The translations under genes were made by a program, and so were the position numbers. Positions 49,587 to 59,343 of a stretch of 64,000 nt of DNA are shown here, piece after piece. Source of the stretch: Prochlorococcus sp. AG-436-C13 (lineage in GTDB: Bacteria > Cyanobacteriota > Cyanobacteriia > PCC-6307 > Cyanobiaceae); contig QCPC01000003.1 of the NCBI GenBank assembly GCA_003212695.1, forward strand, positions 1,141-65,140. Reading direction: 5' to 3'. The stretch's first letter is position 1. The number at the start of each line of letters is the position of its first letter. The notes under the pieces are model-generated. The model was not told the DNA's origin and ran no database searches. It saw only the letters and a program-made list of their open reading frames with translations.

Positions 49587-51346
49587 TGATCTTCACCTAC
49601 ATCCTCTTGTATACAAACTCTTTCTACTTCTTCAATAGTGGTTTGCTGGTTTTTAACTAAATCCATTCCATATCCAAGTAAATTTTTCACGCCATTCTTA
49701 GAAGCTGCCTCTCTTATTATATCTGCAGTACTAGACTTCATTATTAATTCCCTTATAGATTCTGTCACTTTAAGAACCTCATATAAGCCAACTCTACCTT
49801 TATAACCCGATCCATTACATACTGAACATTTATTTATTTTTGATTCTTTGTTTTTATCTACCATTCTAGGAATTCTAATTTTTTCAATTCCGTAACGCGC
49901 TGCAAGTATATCTTTTGATTTATCAACTCGCCTAACCTCACTACAAGCAGGACAAACTTTTCTTACTAACCTTTGAGCCATGACACCGATAACAGAAGAG
50001 CCAACTAGATATGGAGGAATACCCATTTCAGCAAGCCTGGTTATAGCAGTAGCAGTATCATTTGCATGCAAAGTTGTAAAAACCATATGACCTGTAAGAG
50101 CCGCCTCCATTGCTGTCTGAGCTGTCTCTCGATCTCGAGTTTCTCCTACAAGAATAATATCTGGATCTTGCCTCATTAAAGATCTTAATGCTCTTGAAAA
50201 ATCTAAGCCTTTTTCTCTAATAACCTGTACTTGATGAATACCAGGCAAAGTATATTCAACAGGGTCCTCTACTGTACTGATATTAACGTCAGGGGTGTTT
50301 CTCTCATTTAGAATAGAATATAGAGTTGTAGATTTTCCACTACCTGTTGGACCAACAACAATTAATATTCCATAAGGAGAACCTCCCATTTCTCTTACAA
50401 GATCTAACTCTGTAGATGTAGTAATCAATTTCTCTAGTTGTAGCATAGAAGAGTCTGAACTAAGTAATCTAAGAACAATCTTCTCTCCCCATTTGCCTGG
50501 AAGTGTGCTAACTCTAAAATCTAATATTATTGAATTTAATTTACATCTAATCCTCCCATCCTGAGGAAGACGTTTTTCTGCTATATCTAATTTACTCATA
50601 ACTTTTAATCTATTAACTATAGCCTTAGACTTCTTCTTAGGTAAAGTAAAATATTCCTTAAGTACACCATCAACTCTATACCTAATTCTCATTCTATCTT
50701 CTAAAGGTTCAGCATGGATATCAGAAGCTCCGACTTGTTGAGATAATAAGAGGATTGCACCAACTGCTTTAATTACAGGGTCTTTAGAATTAGAAAACTC
50801 TGAATCCTCAATAGCTTCCAAAGTTTCCTCTTCTTCCTCTTCGTCATCTTCCTCGAAATCTATAAGGTCAAATAAATTATTTATTTGTTGATCAGCCGCA
50901 GAGTCATCAGTAGGAGTAAGAAAATTTGACTTATCTTTTAAAGACTCTAAAAAATCATTATTTTTATCTTCTAATCTATTTAGATCTTCTAAATCATTTG
51001 AATTGTTAGATTCTGGAACATCGATTTGAACTTGAGTATCCTCCTCAATAGAAGAGGACAAACTAACTGGATTATTAAGCTCAGAGTTCTCAAACCACTT
51101 TTCCCACTCTTCAATTGATATTTGATCTACAAAAACATTTGCACCAAATTCTGATTTTAATTTCTCTGAAATCTCTGTAACTTGTCCATAAAGAGGGTTC
51201 ATTGCTCCAAGCTTTATTGTGTTGCCTTCTACAGATAATGGAATCACTCCAGCCGATTCACACAATTTTTGGTCTAAAAGGTTATTAATAGAGAGCCTAG
51301 AAATATCTTGAATTTCTCCAGGAATAGCTTCAGGGTTAGAATTCAT
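49583..51346 (-). CDS. pilB: Type IV pilus extension ATPase PilB
   Basis: ASDIH.EP, RLPQDG, GPTGSGKST, VEDPVE, RQDPD, TLHAN and tetracysteine CPAC...CSVC motifs. Confidence 0.95.
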   Translation of the reverse strand: MNSNPEAIPGEIQDISRLSINNLLDQKLCESAGVIPLSVEGNTIKLGAMNPLYGQVTEISEKLKSEFGANVFVDQISIEEWEKWFENSELNNPVSLSSSIEEDTQVQIDVPESNNSNDLEDLNRLEDKNNDFLESLKDKSNFLTPTDDSAADQQINNLFDLIDFEEDDEEEEEETLEAIEDSEFSNSKDPVIKAVGAILLLSQQVGASDIHAEPLEDRMRIRYRVDGVLKEYFTLPKKKSKAIVNRLKVMSKLDIAEKRLPQDGRIRCKLNSIILDFRVSTLPGKWGEKIVLRLLSSDSSMLQLEKLITTSTELDLVREMGGSPYGILIVVGPTGSGKSTTLYSILNERNTPDVNISTVEDPVEYTLPGIHQVQVIREKGLDFSRALRSLMRQDPDIILVGETRDRETAQTAMEAALTGHMVFTTLHANDTATAITRLAEMGIPPYLVGSSVIGVMAQRLVRKVCPACSEVRRVDKSKDILAARYGIEKIRIPRMVDKNKESKINKCSVCNGSGYKGRVGLYEVLKVTESIRELIMKSSTADIIREAASKNGVKNLLGYGMDLVKNQQTTIEEVERVCIQEDVGEDQ

Positions 51347-51430
51347 TTCTATAAATCAATACAAAATCTATTTAAAAGCTAGTTGCTAAAATATTGTTCT
51401 AATGATATTTTGAGTCGTAATAAATTAATC

Positions 51431-51940
51431 ATGGAACTCAAGAAAGAGAATATAGGCTTGAGAGGAAAGCCTTTGATTACAAGCCTAGCACTCTCAATTT
51501 TTGCATCAAACGTATTTTTAGGATCGCTTAATAGTTCTCTAGCAGAAAATAATATTAGAACCAATACAATAGATAGCAAAAATTCTCTTATATCAACTGA
51601 CAAAAAGCTAATATCTTATGAATTAAGAGAAATACCTGACAAAAGCGAGTCAATAGGAAAGAATAGATTGAATTTCGGAAGGAATCCCTTTGCAGAGCCC
51701 TCTCTCTCAGCTTCTAATCAAGAAACATCCAAGTTCCTACTAAGTACAAGTATATCCGCAACAATTTTTATAGGTAAGGAGAAGTCCGCACTTATAAGAA
51801 CATTCAAAGGCAGTGACTATTATAAAACTGGAGATGAAGTTGGAGAAGGCTACATTGTAAAAGAAATTACATCAAGTCCAACAACAGTAACATTGTCAAA
51901 TGGGAAACTAGAGAAGACATATTTACTTAAAGAGAAATGA
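51431..51940 (+). CDS. PilP/GspC-like pilus alignment protein
   Basis: Signal/TM segment, GRNPF motif and C-terminal beta domain (SALI...YKTGDEVGEG..VKEI..TTVTL); first gene of the pilM-Q operon. Confidence 0.6.
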   Translation: MELKKENIGLRGKPLITSLALSIFASNVFLGSLNSSLAENNIRTNTIDSKNSLISTDKKLISYELREIPDKSESIGKNRLNFGRNPFAEPSLSASNQETSKFLLSTSISATIFIGKEKSALIRTFKGSDYYKTGDEVGEGYIVKEITSSPTTVTLSNGKLEKTYLLKEK

Positions 51941-53295
51941 TAAATATATACAAATCATCAACGCAAAAACTAAGTGAGATAAAAACAAGTATAGTATCTA
52001 AATATCTTGCTAAGAAAAATACACTCAATTTGAAACTAAAGAATTATAAAGATGACATAATATCAAAACTAAAAAGCATAGCTTCTAAAAAAGAAAAAAA
52101 TAACTACTTTGATTCAAAAGATAGAAATATAATCAACCGAATCAAATCATCAATAAAAGAATATAAAGCCTTTATGATTAAATCACTAAATAATTACAAT
52201 ATTAAACCAAGAAACAAACCCAAGCAGAAAAGTAAGATCAGTTTTAGAAAAGATAATAGAGGTAAAAAGTATATAAAATATATTCTCGGGAATATAAATC
52301 ATTATAGAAGAAGTTTTGTAAATAAAGCCAATTTATTTACTAGGGCAAATTTCAATAAGAAAATTGCTAGTTCTAAAAATGAATCATCTGAGAAATTTAC
52401 AGGTATTTATTATGGTGAACATGAATTATTTATAATTCCGATCGAATATTCTGAAAGTATTACTAAATTTCTTAAAATAATAAAAATAGATATTCCTACA
52501 GAAGTGATTGGTGACTCAAAAGTTGAAAACATAAATGAACTTAGCAATATAATTGACAATGTAATTACGGTACTTAATCTAGAAGATTCTGCTCTAATAG
52601 TGTTATTGCCTTCTTCTAATTTTACAGCAAGAAGTTTTAAAGAAGATGAAATAGGAATATTTGCAGAAACATCTACGTCAGTATTATCAAAGAGTCCTTT
52701 TCTACCTAATAACACAATAATGTCTTACTATAAGGCCTTGGGAAAAAATTTCAATGCTTTTTATAGAGTGATATATGCTGAGAAAGAGGCTATTACATCA
52801 TGGGAGAAAGTCTTAGAAGATGTTAATTTACCTGTAGCAACATTCTCATCTTCTGCATTCAATATAATTAAGACTCTTTCAGAAGATATAAAAGAAGAAA
52901 TGGTAATTGTTACGGATATAGAGAAAACAACTACCACGATATATCTTCAAATCAGAAAATGTGAACTCTTTAGTACAAGGCTACCTTTTGGTGGGGCGTT
53001 ATACACATCTAATGATAACTCATTGTCAGATATGTATTTCCTCAGACTGGCAAATTCAATTAAACAGATATTAGAAAACAATTCATATCGTTCAGATTAC
53101 AAAACATTTGTATATGGAACTGGTTTAGATAGTATGAATATTGCAAAGAATACTTTGCCTGAAGGTTTTTCCAGAATACCTGATTACTTATTTAAAAAAA
53201 ATATGTTAGATGATGAACTTGATCGAGCTCTGGCAAATAAATACCAATCTCTTCTATCTATTTTTGGTAATTATGTTGAGGAGTTATTAAAATGA
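51937..53295 (+). CDS. Highly divergent PilM-like protein with Lys-rich N-terminal extension
   Basis: Actin-like fragments VTDIEKTTTTIYL, FSTRLPFGG and FVYGTG; position before pilN/O/Q-like genes. Confidence 0.6.
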   Translation: MINIYKSSTQKLSEIKTSIVSKYLAKKNTLNLKLKNYKDDIISKLKSIASKKEKNNYFDSKDRNIINRIKSSIKEYKAFMIKSLNNYNIKPRNKPKQKSKISFRKDNRGKKYIKYILGNINHYRRSFVNKANLFTRANFNKKIASSKNESSEKFTGIYYGEHELFIIPIEYSESITKFLKIIKIDIPTEVIGDSKVENINELSNIIDNVITVLNLEDSALIVLLPSSNFTARSFKEDEIGIFAETSTSVLSKSPFLPNNTIMSYYKALGKNFNAFYRVIYAEKEAITSWEKVLEDVNLPVATFSSSAFNIIKTLSEDIKEEMVIVTDIEKTTTTIYLQIRKCELFSTRLPFGGALYTSNDNSLSDMYFLRLANSIKQILENNSYRSDYKTFVYGTGLDSMNIAKNTLPEGFSRIPDYLFKKNMLDDELDRALANKYQSLLSIFGNYVEELLK

Positions 53296-54053
53296 TTATA
53301 TTTAATTTCGCAGACAATTTCCCTTCTCTAAATAAATGGAAAAGGAATGTCAGAAATAAATATACAAATACAAATGATCAGACACTATCAGAAAATAAAT
53401 TTCTCTTAGGATTAAACTATAAATTACTATCTGATTTTTCAAAAAAACAGAAATCTCTCTATATTCCTCCTTTATTAATAGTTGCATCTACATTACTAAT
53501 CATAATCATTTCAATAATTCCTAGGGTTAGAATAGCAAGATTAAGCCCTAATCATGAAATATTCAATTATAAGTACAATGAACTGCAAGAAATAAATAAT
53601 AAACTAAAATATTTTGCAAATGAGCTTATAAATTTGAAGCCAATTCATACAGATGAGGCGCCTACAGTTCTATTTGCTTATTTTCTTCAACAGTCTATTC
53701 CAACAGATGTAAAACTTTCAGACTACGCACTCAACGAAAAGGCCTTTAGTATAAATGCTAGTTCAGACAACCTGAATTCTCTCAACGAATTTATATCATT
53801 GCTAGATAAATCAATGTTAGTTAAAGAAGGAACATTATCAGTTAAAAAGCTTATCAAACAAAGTCCTGCTAATAATACATTCCAACAATCAAATTACAAC
53901 ACAAATTCTCATAATAGTTTCCTTGAGATTTCTGGAAATTTAAATGAAATAGATCTGGAAGATAAGTTAAAGATGTATAAGGAAACATTTAATTTTGGTA
54001 AAACAGTAAAGCTAGAAAGTTATTTGAAAGCTCTATCATTATTTAAATTATGA
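53292..54053 (+). CDS. PilN-like protein
   Basis: Single TM, coiled coil and IPTDVKLSD...FSINA.S....LNEFI..L; ATGA overlap with the upstream gene. Confidence 0.75.
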   Translation: MIIFNFADNFPSLNKWKRNVRNKYTNTNDQTLSENKFLLGLNYKLLSDFSKKQKSLYIPPLLIVASTLLIIIISIIPRVRIARLSPNHEIFNYKYNELQEINNKLKYFANELINLKPIHTDEAPTVLFAYFLQQSIPTDVKLSDYALNEKAFSINASSDNLNSLNEFISLLDKSMLVKEGTLSVKKLIKQSPANNTFQQSNYNTNSHNSFLEISGNLNEIDLEDKLKMYKETFNFGKTVKLESYLKALSLFKL

Positions 54054-55021
54054 ACAATAAAAAAAGTATTTTCCAACTTATTGAAAGGCTTAAGGACATT
54101 AATGTTAGTCAGGTTTTTGAAAGCACAAAGAGTTTTAGCATAGATGACCTAAAAAAAATAAAATGGGAAGATATACGTAAGTCAAAATATGTTTCACCGG
54201 TTTCAGGCATAAGTTTGGCAATTATTCTAATAATAACTTTATTTATTCCTCAATACAAAGGACTAAGAAGACTTCAGTCAGTATCTAATAGATTCTCAAT
54301 AGAGTCTAATAGTCTTTCAATGCTAGAAGATGAAATAAATAGAAGCTTGGAAATTAGTAATCAAATTGAACCTGAATATAAAAAGATTATTTCACTCATT
54401 CCAAACAAATCAACACTAGTTAATCTCACCGCTTTAATAACAGATGCAGCCAAAAGAAGCTTAGTAGATATAACAGAATTTTCTCCTATAAAAAAAGATG
54501 AGTTAGCATCCTGCACTGCATCTTCAAATGAAGAGTCATACGGTTACGAAGACTCAATGAGTTTAGATATAAACAATTTTGATGATAATCCAGATAATGA
54601 ATTTGATTTAGGCTTTAATGAAGAAATACCAGGTCCTAATACAACTCAAGATGGTCAGGCTGAAGATATCGAATTGCAAAACAAATTAGACTACATAGTC
54701 AATAATTCTCAACTATTAGATTCTTTAATAAGCTTAGATAATGAATCATATTCAGCTCAAGCAATAGAAGATAACTATGAAATGAATTATTTTAAGGTTA
54801 TGGTTAAAGCAGATTATACAAACCTTTTAAACTTTCTTAGAACAATCCAAGAATATAAAATAATTACTCTTCCAGTCTGTTTTGAGCCTAAAGCTACATC
54901 TCCTACAAGTGGAGTTGGCTCTGCGTTAAATACAGCAAATCAGAATTCTGGTTTGGTACAGGCCAGGATTCTTATAAACATACCAACACTTAATAATGAA
55001 AAAATATCTAATTTAAAATAG
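54050..55021 (+). CDS. PilO-like protein with an acidic insertion
   Basis: TM, coiled coil, LIP....L..L...I.DAA..S.V.I.EF.P and V.ADY.NLLNFLR.IQ motifs. Confidence 0.75.
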   Translation: MNNKKSIFQLIERLKDINVSQVFESTKSFSIDDLKKIKWEDIRKSKYVSPVSGISLAIILIITLFIPQYKGLRRLQSVSNRFSIESNSLSMLEDEINRSLEISNQIEPEYKKIISLIPNKSTLVNLTALITDAAKRSLVDITEFSPIKKDELASCTASSNEESYGYEDSMSLDINNFDDNPDNEFDLGFNEEIPGPNTTQDGQAEDIELQNKLDYIVNNSQLLDSLISLDNESYSAQAIEDNYEMNYFKVMVKADYTNLLNFLRTIQEYKIITLPVCFEPKATSPTSGVGSALNTANQNSGLVQARILINIPTLNNEKISNLK

Positions 55022-55052
55022 TTTTGGACTAATTCATTATATCTGCTAAATT

Positions 55053-57356
55053 ATGAATAAATATTTACTAAGAAATTTATTAATGCATAAAAGAACAACA
55101 ATTTGTTTGTTTATGCTTCTTTTCTGGAATAGTTCAGCTTATCCGGAAAATTTTAACCTTAGAGATTCGAATCTACTAAATTTAGCAAGTGTTGATTCTG
55201 CTAGTAAAAATAAGCCTATTTTGAAATCAAACTTCTCCCTAAGCAATAATGATAAAGAAGTAACTTTAAGAATTTTTAATATCGGAAATGATCTAACCTA
55301 TAAAGAATCTTTAGATGGAAATACTTTATTACTATATTTTGAAAGTAATTATCAAAATCAACCTCAAAGCATTTCAAAACCCTCATTAGGTATAAAAAAT
55401 GCATCGATCAAAAATCAGGATGATAAATTAATTGTAGCAATTCAATTCTCTGATCTAGTAAATCTATCGACACTTAAAACCAGTAATATAGACAATTCAC
55501 TTCACTTTGTATATGAATTATTAGAAACAAGTACAAGCAAGAATAAACAAGACATATTCAAAATAAAGCCTATAAAAACATATTTTAGTAGTCAGAAGAT
55601 TAATAGGGCAACTGCTCCTCCACTAGGAGATATGGCTGTAGGAACAACAGTAATAACAAATCCCAATCTATTAAATATAGAAGGGCCTAATGTGAGTTTA
55701 GTCTTCAAGCAAACGCCAGCAAAAAAGGCAATTGAATTCTTGCTTTCTAAATCAAATTATAGCTATGCATGGGTACAAAGTGATCCTTCATTTATCTCAA
55801 AATCAGATACATTAACTACTACAAATAACGTTAATCAAACTAGCTTATCAACTTCACTTAGTTCTCCAGCACAAGAATCATCTTTAGAAGAAGAAGAAAC
55901 AACAGAAGACAGTCCAAGGTTAATAACTCTGACAATAGAAGATAAGCCTTTTTCGGTTGCCTTCAATTCCTTATTAATTGCCAGTGGCCTTCAAGCAAAA
56001 ATAGATCAAGATATTGTTTATGTAGGTCCTAATGTAAGAGAAACTGCTTTTACGCAGCGTATATCTAAGATTTATAGACTTAATCAAACAACAGCAAATG
56101 CTGCAGCTTCTTATCTGGCAAACCTAGGAGCTCAAGTAACACGTACTTCAACAATTACTACAGCTGTAACTGAAGGTTCTACTCAATCAGAAACTGTCAG
56201 TGGAACTACCTCAGCTTCTACGACTACTAGTGGTTCAAAGACAACTGTACAAGTATATGGATCTGGTATTGGTCCACTAGTGGGATTAATTGCTACAACA
56301 GATGACCGCCTCCAAACAATAACAATGATTGGTTCAAAAGAATTAGTTTCTGTAGCAGAGGGGTTCCTAAAAAAACTAGATCTAAGACAACGTCAAGTAG
56401 CCATTACTATAAAAGTATTAGATGTTAATTTAAGTGATAACAATTCACTTGGTAACAGTTGGGCTCTTAGACAAAATAACAATTTCATCGTAAATGACAA
56501 AGGCAAACTATTAGGAGCCTTTGGTGACGTATTGCCTGCTAATAGTACCGACTTCGAAGATTCAAATACTACAAAAGGGTATGAAACTAATACAGTATCT
56601 TCGCCAGCCACAGATGGTTATTCATATGAGAGAAGAGAAAGACTCAATCCTGGTTCTATTGGGGATGAAAAATTTGTAGATTTTCTTACCGCCGAAATAG
56701 TTTCAGCCAATACCAAGATTTTAGCTAGTCCGACTTTAATATTAAATGAATTTCCTGGAAAAACTGGAGGTCAAGAAGTAGCACTATCTGACCTAGACTC
56801 AATATTAAAAACTGGATCAATAGGACGCTCTTACGGTAATGAAGCATTCGTGATAGTAGGAACTCAAGTACCTACTAATTGCACTTCTGAGGGTGAATCA
56901 TCAATTCCTTCTTTTGAATATGGACTTTCTGGATTGACTTTTGGAGCAAGAATTGTCCGCGTGGATGACAATGGCTTTGTAACCTTTACATTATCGCCAG
57001 CGGTTTCTGCTACTGCTGAGAAAAGAGATATTGAAGGATGCGGGCAAATTGATTTACTCTCAGTAAGAAGATTGGATACAGGTTCAATTAGAGTTAGAGA
57101 TGGTCATACATTAATACTTACTGGGGTTTTGAATTCTGAAGACAAGGAAACAGTTACTAAATTCCCATTCTTCGGAGATATTCCATTAATAGGTCAATTC
57201 TTTAGAAGTTCGGTATCAGGCCAAACAAAAAGAGAATTAGTTATTTTAGTTACTCCACAAATTCTCAAAGATGGTCAAAACTCATTAATAAAAACCTACT
57301 CTAATTATCAACCTAGTACTAAAGATGCTAAAAATTTAATTTATGGTGAACCATAA
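55053..57356 (+). CDS. pilQ: Type IV pilus secretin PilQ
   Basis: Signal peptide, IYRLNQ, D.RLQTIT..G and LDLRQRQV; secretin signature DGHTLILTG...KFPFFGDIPLIGQFFR...RELVILVTPQI. Confidence 0.93.
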   Translation: MNKYLLRNLLMHKRTTICLFMLLFWNSSAYPENFNLRDSNLLNLASVDSASKNKPILKSNFSLSNNDKEVTLRIFNIGNDLTYKESLDGNTLLLYFESNYQNQPQSISKPSLGIKNASIKNQDDKLIVAIQFSDLVNLSTLKTSNIDNSLHFVYELLETSTSKNKQDIFKIKPIKTYFSSQKINRATAPPLGDMAVGTTVITNPNLLNIEGPNVSLVFKQTPAKKAIEFLLSKSNYSYAWVQSDPSFISKSDTLTTTNNVNQTSLSTSLSSPAQESSLEEEETTEDSPRLITLTIEDKPFSVAFNSLLIASGLQAKIDQDIVYVGPNVRETAFTQRISKIYRLNQTTANAAASYLANLGAQVTRTSTITTAVTEGSTQSETVSGTTSASTTTSGSKTTVQVYGSGIGPLVGLIATTDDRLQTITMIGSKELVSVAEGFLKKLDLRQRQVAITIKVLDVNLSDNNSLGNSWALRQNNNFIVNDKGKLLGAFGDVLPANSTDFEDSNTTKGYETNTVSSPATDGYSYERRERLNPGSIGDEKFVDFLTAEIVSANTKILASPTLILNEFPGKTGGQEVALSDLDSILKTGSIGRSYGNEAFVIVGTQVPTNCTSEGESSIPSFEYGLSGLTFGARIVRVDDNGFVTFTLSPAVSATAEKRDIEGCGQIDLLSVRRLDTGSIRVRDGHTLILTGVLNSEDKETVTKFPFFGDIPLIGQFFRSSVSGQTKRELVILVTPQILKDGQNSLIKTYSNYQPSTKDAKNLIYGEP

Positions 57357-57378
57357 TTTTATTATATCCTAATTAGAT

Positions 57379-58716
57379 TTACTTTATAAGACTACACTCA
57401 CCATCATTTCTTGAAGCAAGCATTCCAAGCCATCCATTTCCACAAAAATTATTTTTAATCGAAATCGTATCAAACCTAACTTTACCGCCTGGACTTGATG
57501 CTCTAACTTCTTCATTATATTTTTTATAGCAATCTGCCATATATCCATATCTTCTAGTGTGGAAACAATAGCCCCTAGGATTTGCAACTCCATCAGAAAT
57601 AACTACTGCCTGCCCTACATCCTGGTCCTGAATAAGTTCATTCAATCCATTCCAAGGATATGTTCCTCCCCATGCATACATTTTAGAAACACAATTTATA
57701 GCTTTATTTCTCCAATAAGAATTAAGAGTTATAGGTTTAGGAAAACAATAATTCTTACGATGATCAAATCCATCAATTTGCAATTTTGTTCCATCTTTCA
57801 AACAAGATATAATTCGAATTGCCTCACTTTTTGCATGTTCCATTAATGTTTTTCCATTAATCCTATACCAACTCATTGATCCAGAAGTATCAATAGAAAA
57901 ACTGACTCTGTCACTTTTAATTTGAGTGCCATACATATTACATTGACATCCGACATTACACTGAGAACCTCCGTTATCTCCACCAATAATATCTCCCATT
58001 ATTTGTCTTTCATAAATTCTAGAAAAAGAGCCAGAAGTCTGTCGAGAAGTCACATTCTTTACAGGTGTTATTGTATTTCTTGCTGAGATTGCTATTTCAG
58101 CTGACTTTAGATCTGGGTCAAAGCATATAATTAACCCAGCAATCTTTCTTCTTGACCATTGTGGACTGCAAATCAGATCATCCATTGGTTCTTTGTCTAT
58201 AGAATCTGTTACTATAGTTGTGACTGGATTGGCACTAATATAAAAACCTTTTTTATTGATTGAAGGCCCTTTCCTTAACAGTTTAAAAGTTGTAGAGTGC
58301 CCTTTCTTCTTTGCAACATCTTGTTCAAGTGAATATATAATTGGACAATTAACTGCCTTCCATGAATCTGTACTATCAGAATAAGAAGATTTATCAATTG
58401 CTTGTTTAGGAAGATTTATACCTAAAACAAATAGTCCATTATACTTTCTACATGTTGAAGGTACTTTACTGCTATCTTTAATAAGGCTTTTCCCACTTTG
58501 GATCTCATCTAATAAATAGTTAAAACTATTATCAATCTTATTATTTAAATTAATCCTAGCCTTATCACTTGAATTAGCATTAATAGCTACCATACTTAAA
58601 GTATATCCAGAAGCAATAACAATAATTGAAATAGTAGAAGAAACCAAAAGTTCAGCTAATGTAAAGCCATCTTCTCTACTAAAGTTATTCTTGATTTTTT
58701 GGAAGATTTTTTTCAT
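57379..58716 (-). CDS. PilW-like minor pilin fused to a C-terminal vWA domain
   Basis: Prepilin motif G|FTLAELLV; MIDAS IDTSGSM, GGT and VISDG; Cys-rich linker. Start set to ATG 58716. Confidence 0.85.
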   Translation of the reverse strand: MKKIFQKIKNNFSREDGFTLAELLVSSTISIIVIASGYTLSMVAINANSSDKARINLNNKIDNSFNYLLDEIQSGKSLIKDSSKVPSTCRKYNGLFVLGINLPKQAIDKSSYSDSTDSWKAVNCPIIYSLEQDVAKKKGHSTTFKLLRKGPSINKKGFYISANPVTTIVTDSIDKEPMDDLICSPQWSRRKIAGLIICFDPDLKSAEIAISARNTITPVKNVTSRQTSGSFSRIYERQIMGDIIGGDNGGSQCNVGCQCNMYGTQIKSDRVSFSIDTSGSMSWYRINGKTLMEHAKSEAIRIISCLKDGTKLQIDGFDHRKNYCFPKPITLNSYWRNKAINCVSKMYAWGGTYPWNGLNELIQDQDVGQAVVISDGVANPRGYCFHTRRYGYMADCYKKYNEEVRASSPGGKVRFDTISIKNNFCGNGWLGMLASRNDGECSLIK

Positions 58717-58742
58717 ATATATAGAAAAAAAATAATTAAGAT

Positions 58743-59342
58743 TTAACCAGTAGGTGAGCACCAACTATGTGCATCGCTTAATAAATCAATGCTGGTCCAG
58801 ATTTTAGTTTCTCCCTTAAATTCAACAATATATACAATTTTTCCTAAACTTTTATCAAGATTAGCATAATTCAAATCAAATGGACTAGATGACTTAAGTT
58901 CTCTTTTTATAGAAATAGGCTTTCCTTTAAAAATTGAATTTCTCAATTGTCCTGCTACTGATATGCTGTTTGAATTAGGAGTCCATTTTGTAGGATACCA
59001 ACTAGGTAGCAAAGGCAAAGTCTCTGCTATATTTAGACAAAACTTCTTAGTGGCAGGCGTATTCACATTATAAAAAGAACTTGTCACTGAAACATCTTTT
59101 GATCTAACTAAGTGTTCCTCCCAAAGCTCATATTTAAGTTTCTGAGTATCTCGATAAATTTCATCATTAATTGCACTTATTAGATTTGCATTGTGAACTA
59201 TTTGTAATCTCTTTGAAATAAAAACTGTAGAGTATGAAACTATTAATGATAATAATAGGATGCTAACTATAGATTCTGTTAATCCAAATCCTTCATCATT
59301 TATTAGTGAAAGTTTGAGTAAATATTTTCTACCCTTTTTCAT
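58743..59342 (-). CDS. PilV-like minor pilin
   Basis: G|FGLTESIVSILLL prepilin motif; ATG 59342 is 1 nt after the upstream TAA. Confidence 0.8.
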   Translation of the reverse strand: MKKGRKYLLKLSLINDEGFGLTESIVSILLLSLIVSYSTVFISKRLQIVHNANLISAINDEIYRDTQKLKYELWEEHLVRSKDVSVTSSFYNVNTPATKKFCLNIAETLPLLPSWYPTKWTPNSNSISVAGQLRNSIFKGKPISIKRELKSSSPFDLNYANLDKSLGKIVYIVEFKGETKIWTSIDLLSDAHSWCSPTG

Positions 59343-59343
59343 A

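Noticed and set aside
47232-57356. Type II secretion system interpretation
   Set aside because: A dedicated PilT retraction ATPase and a PilA-type major pilin favour a type IVa pilus.
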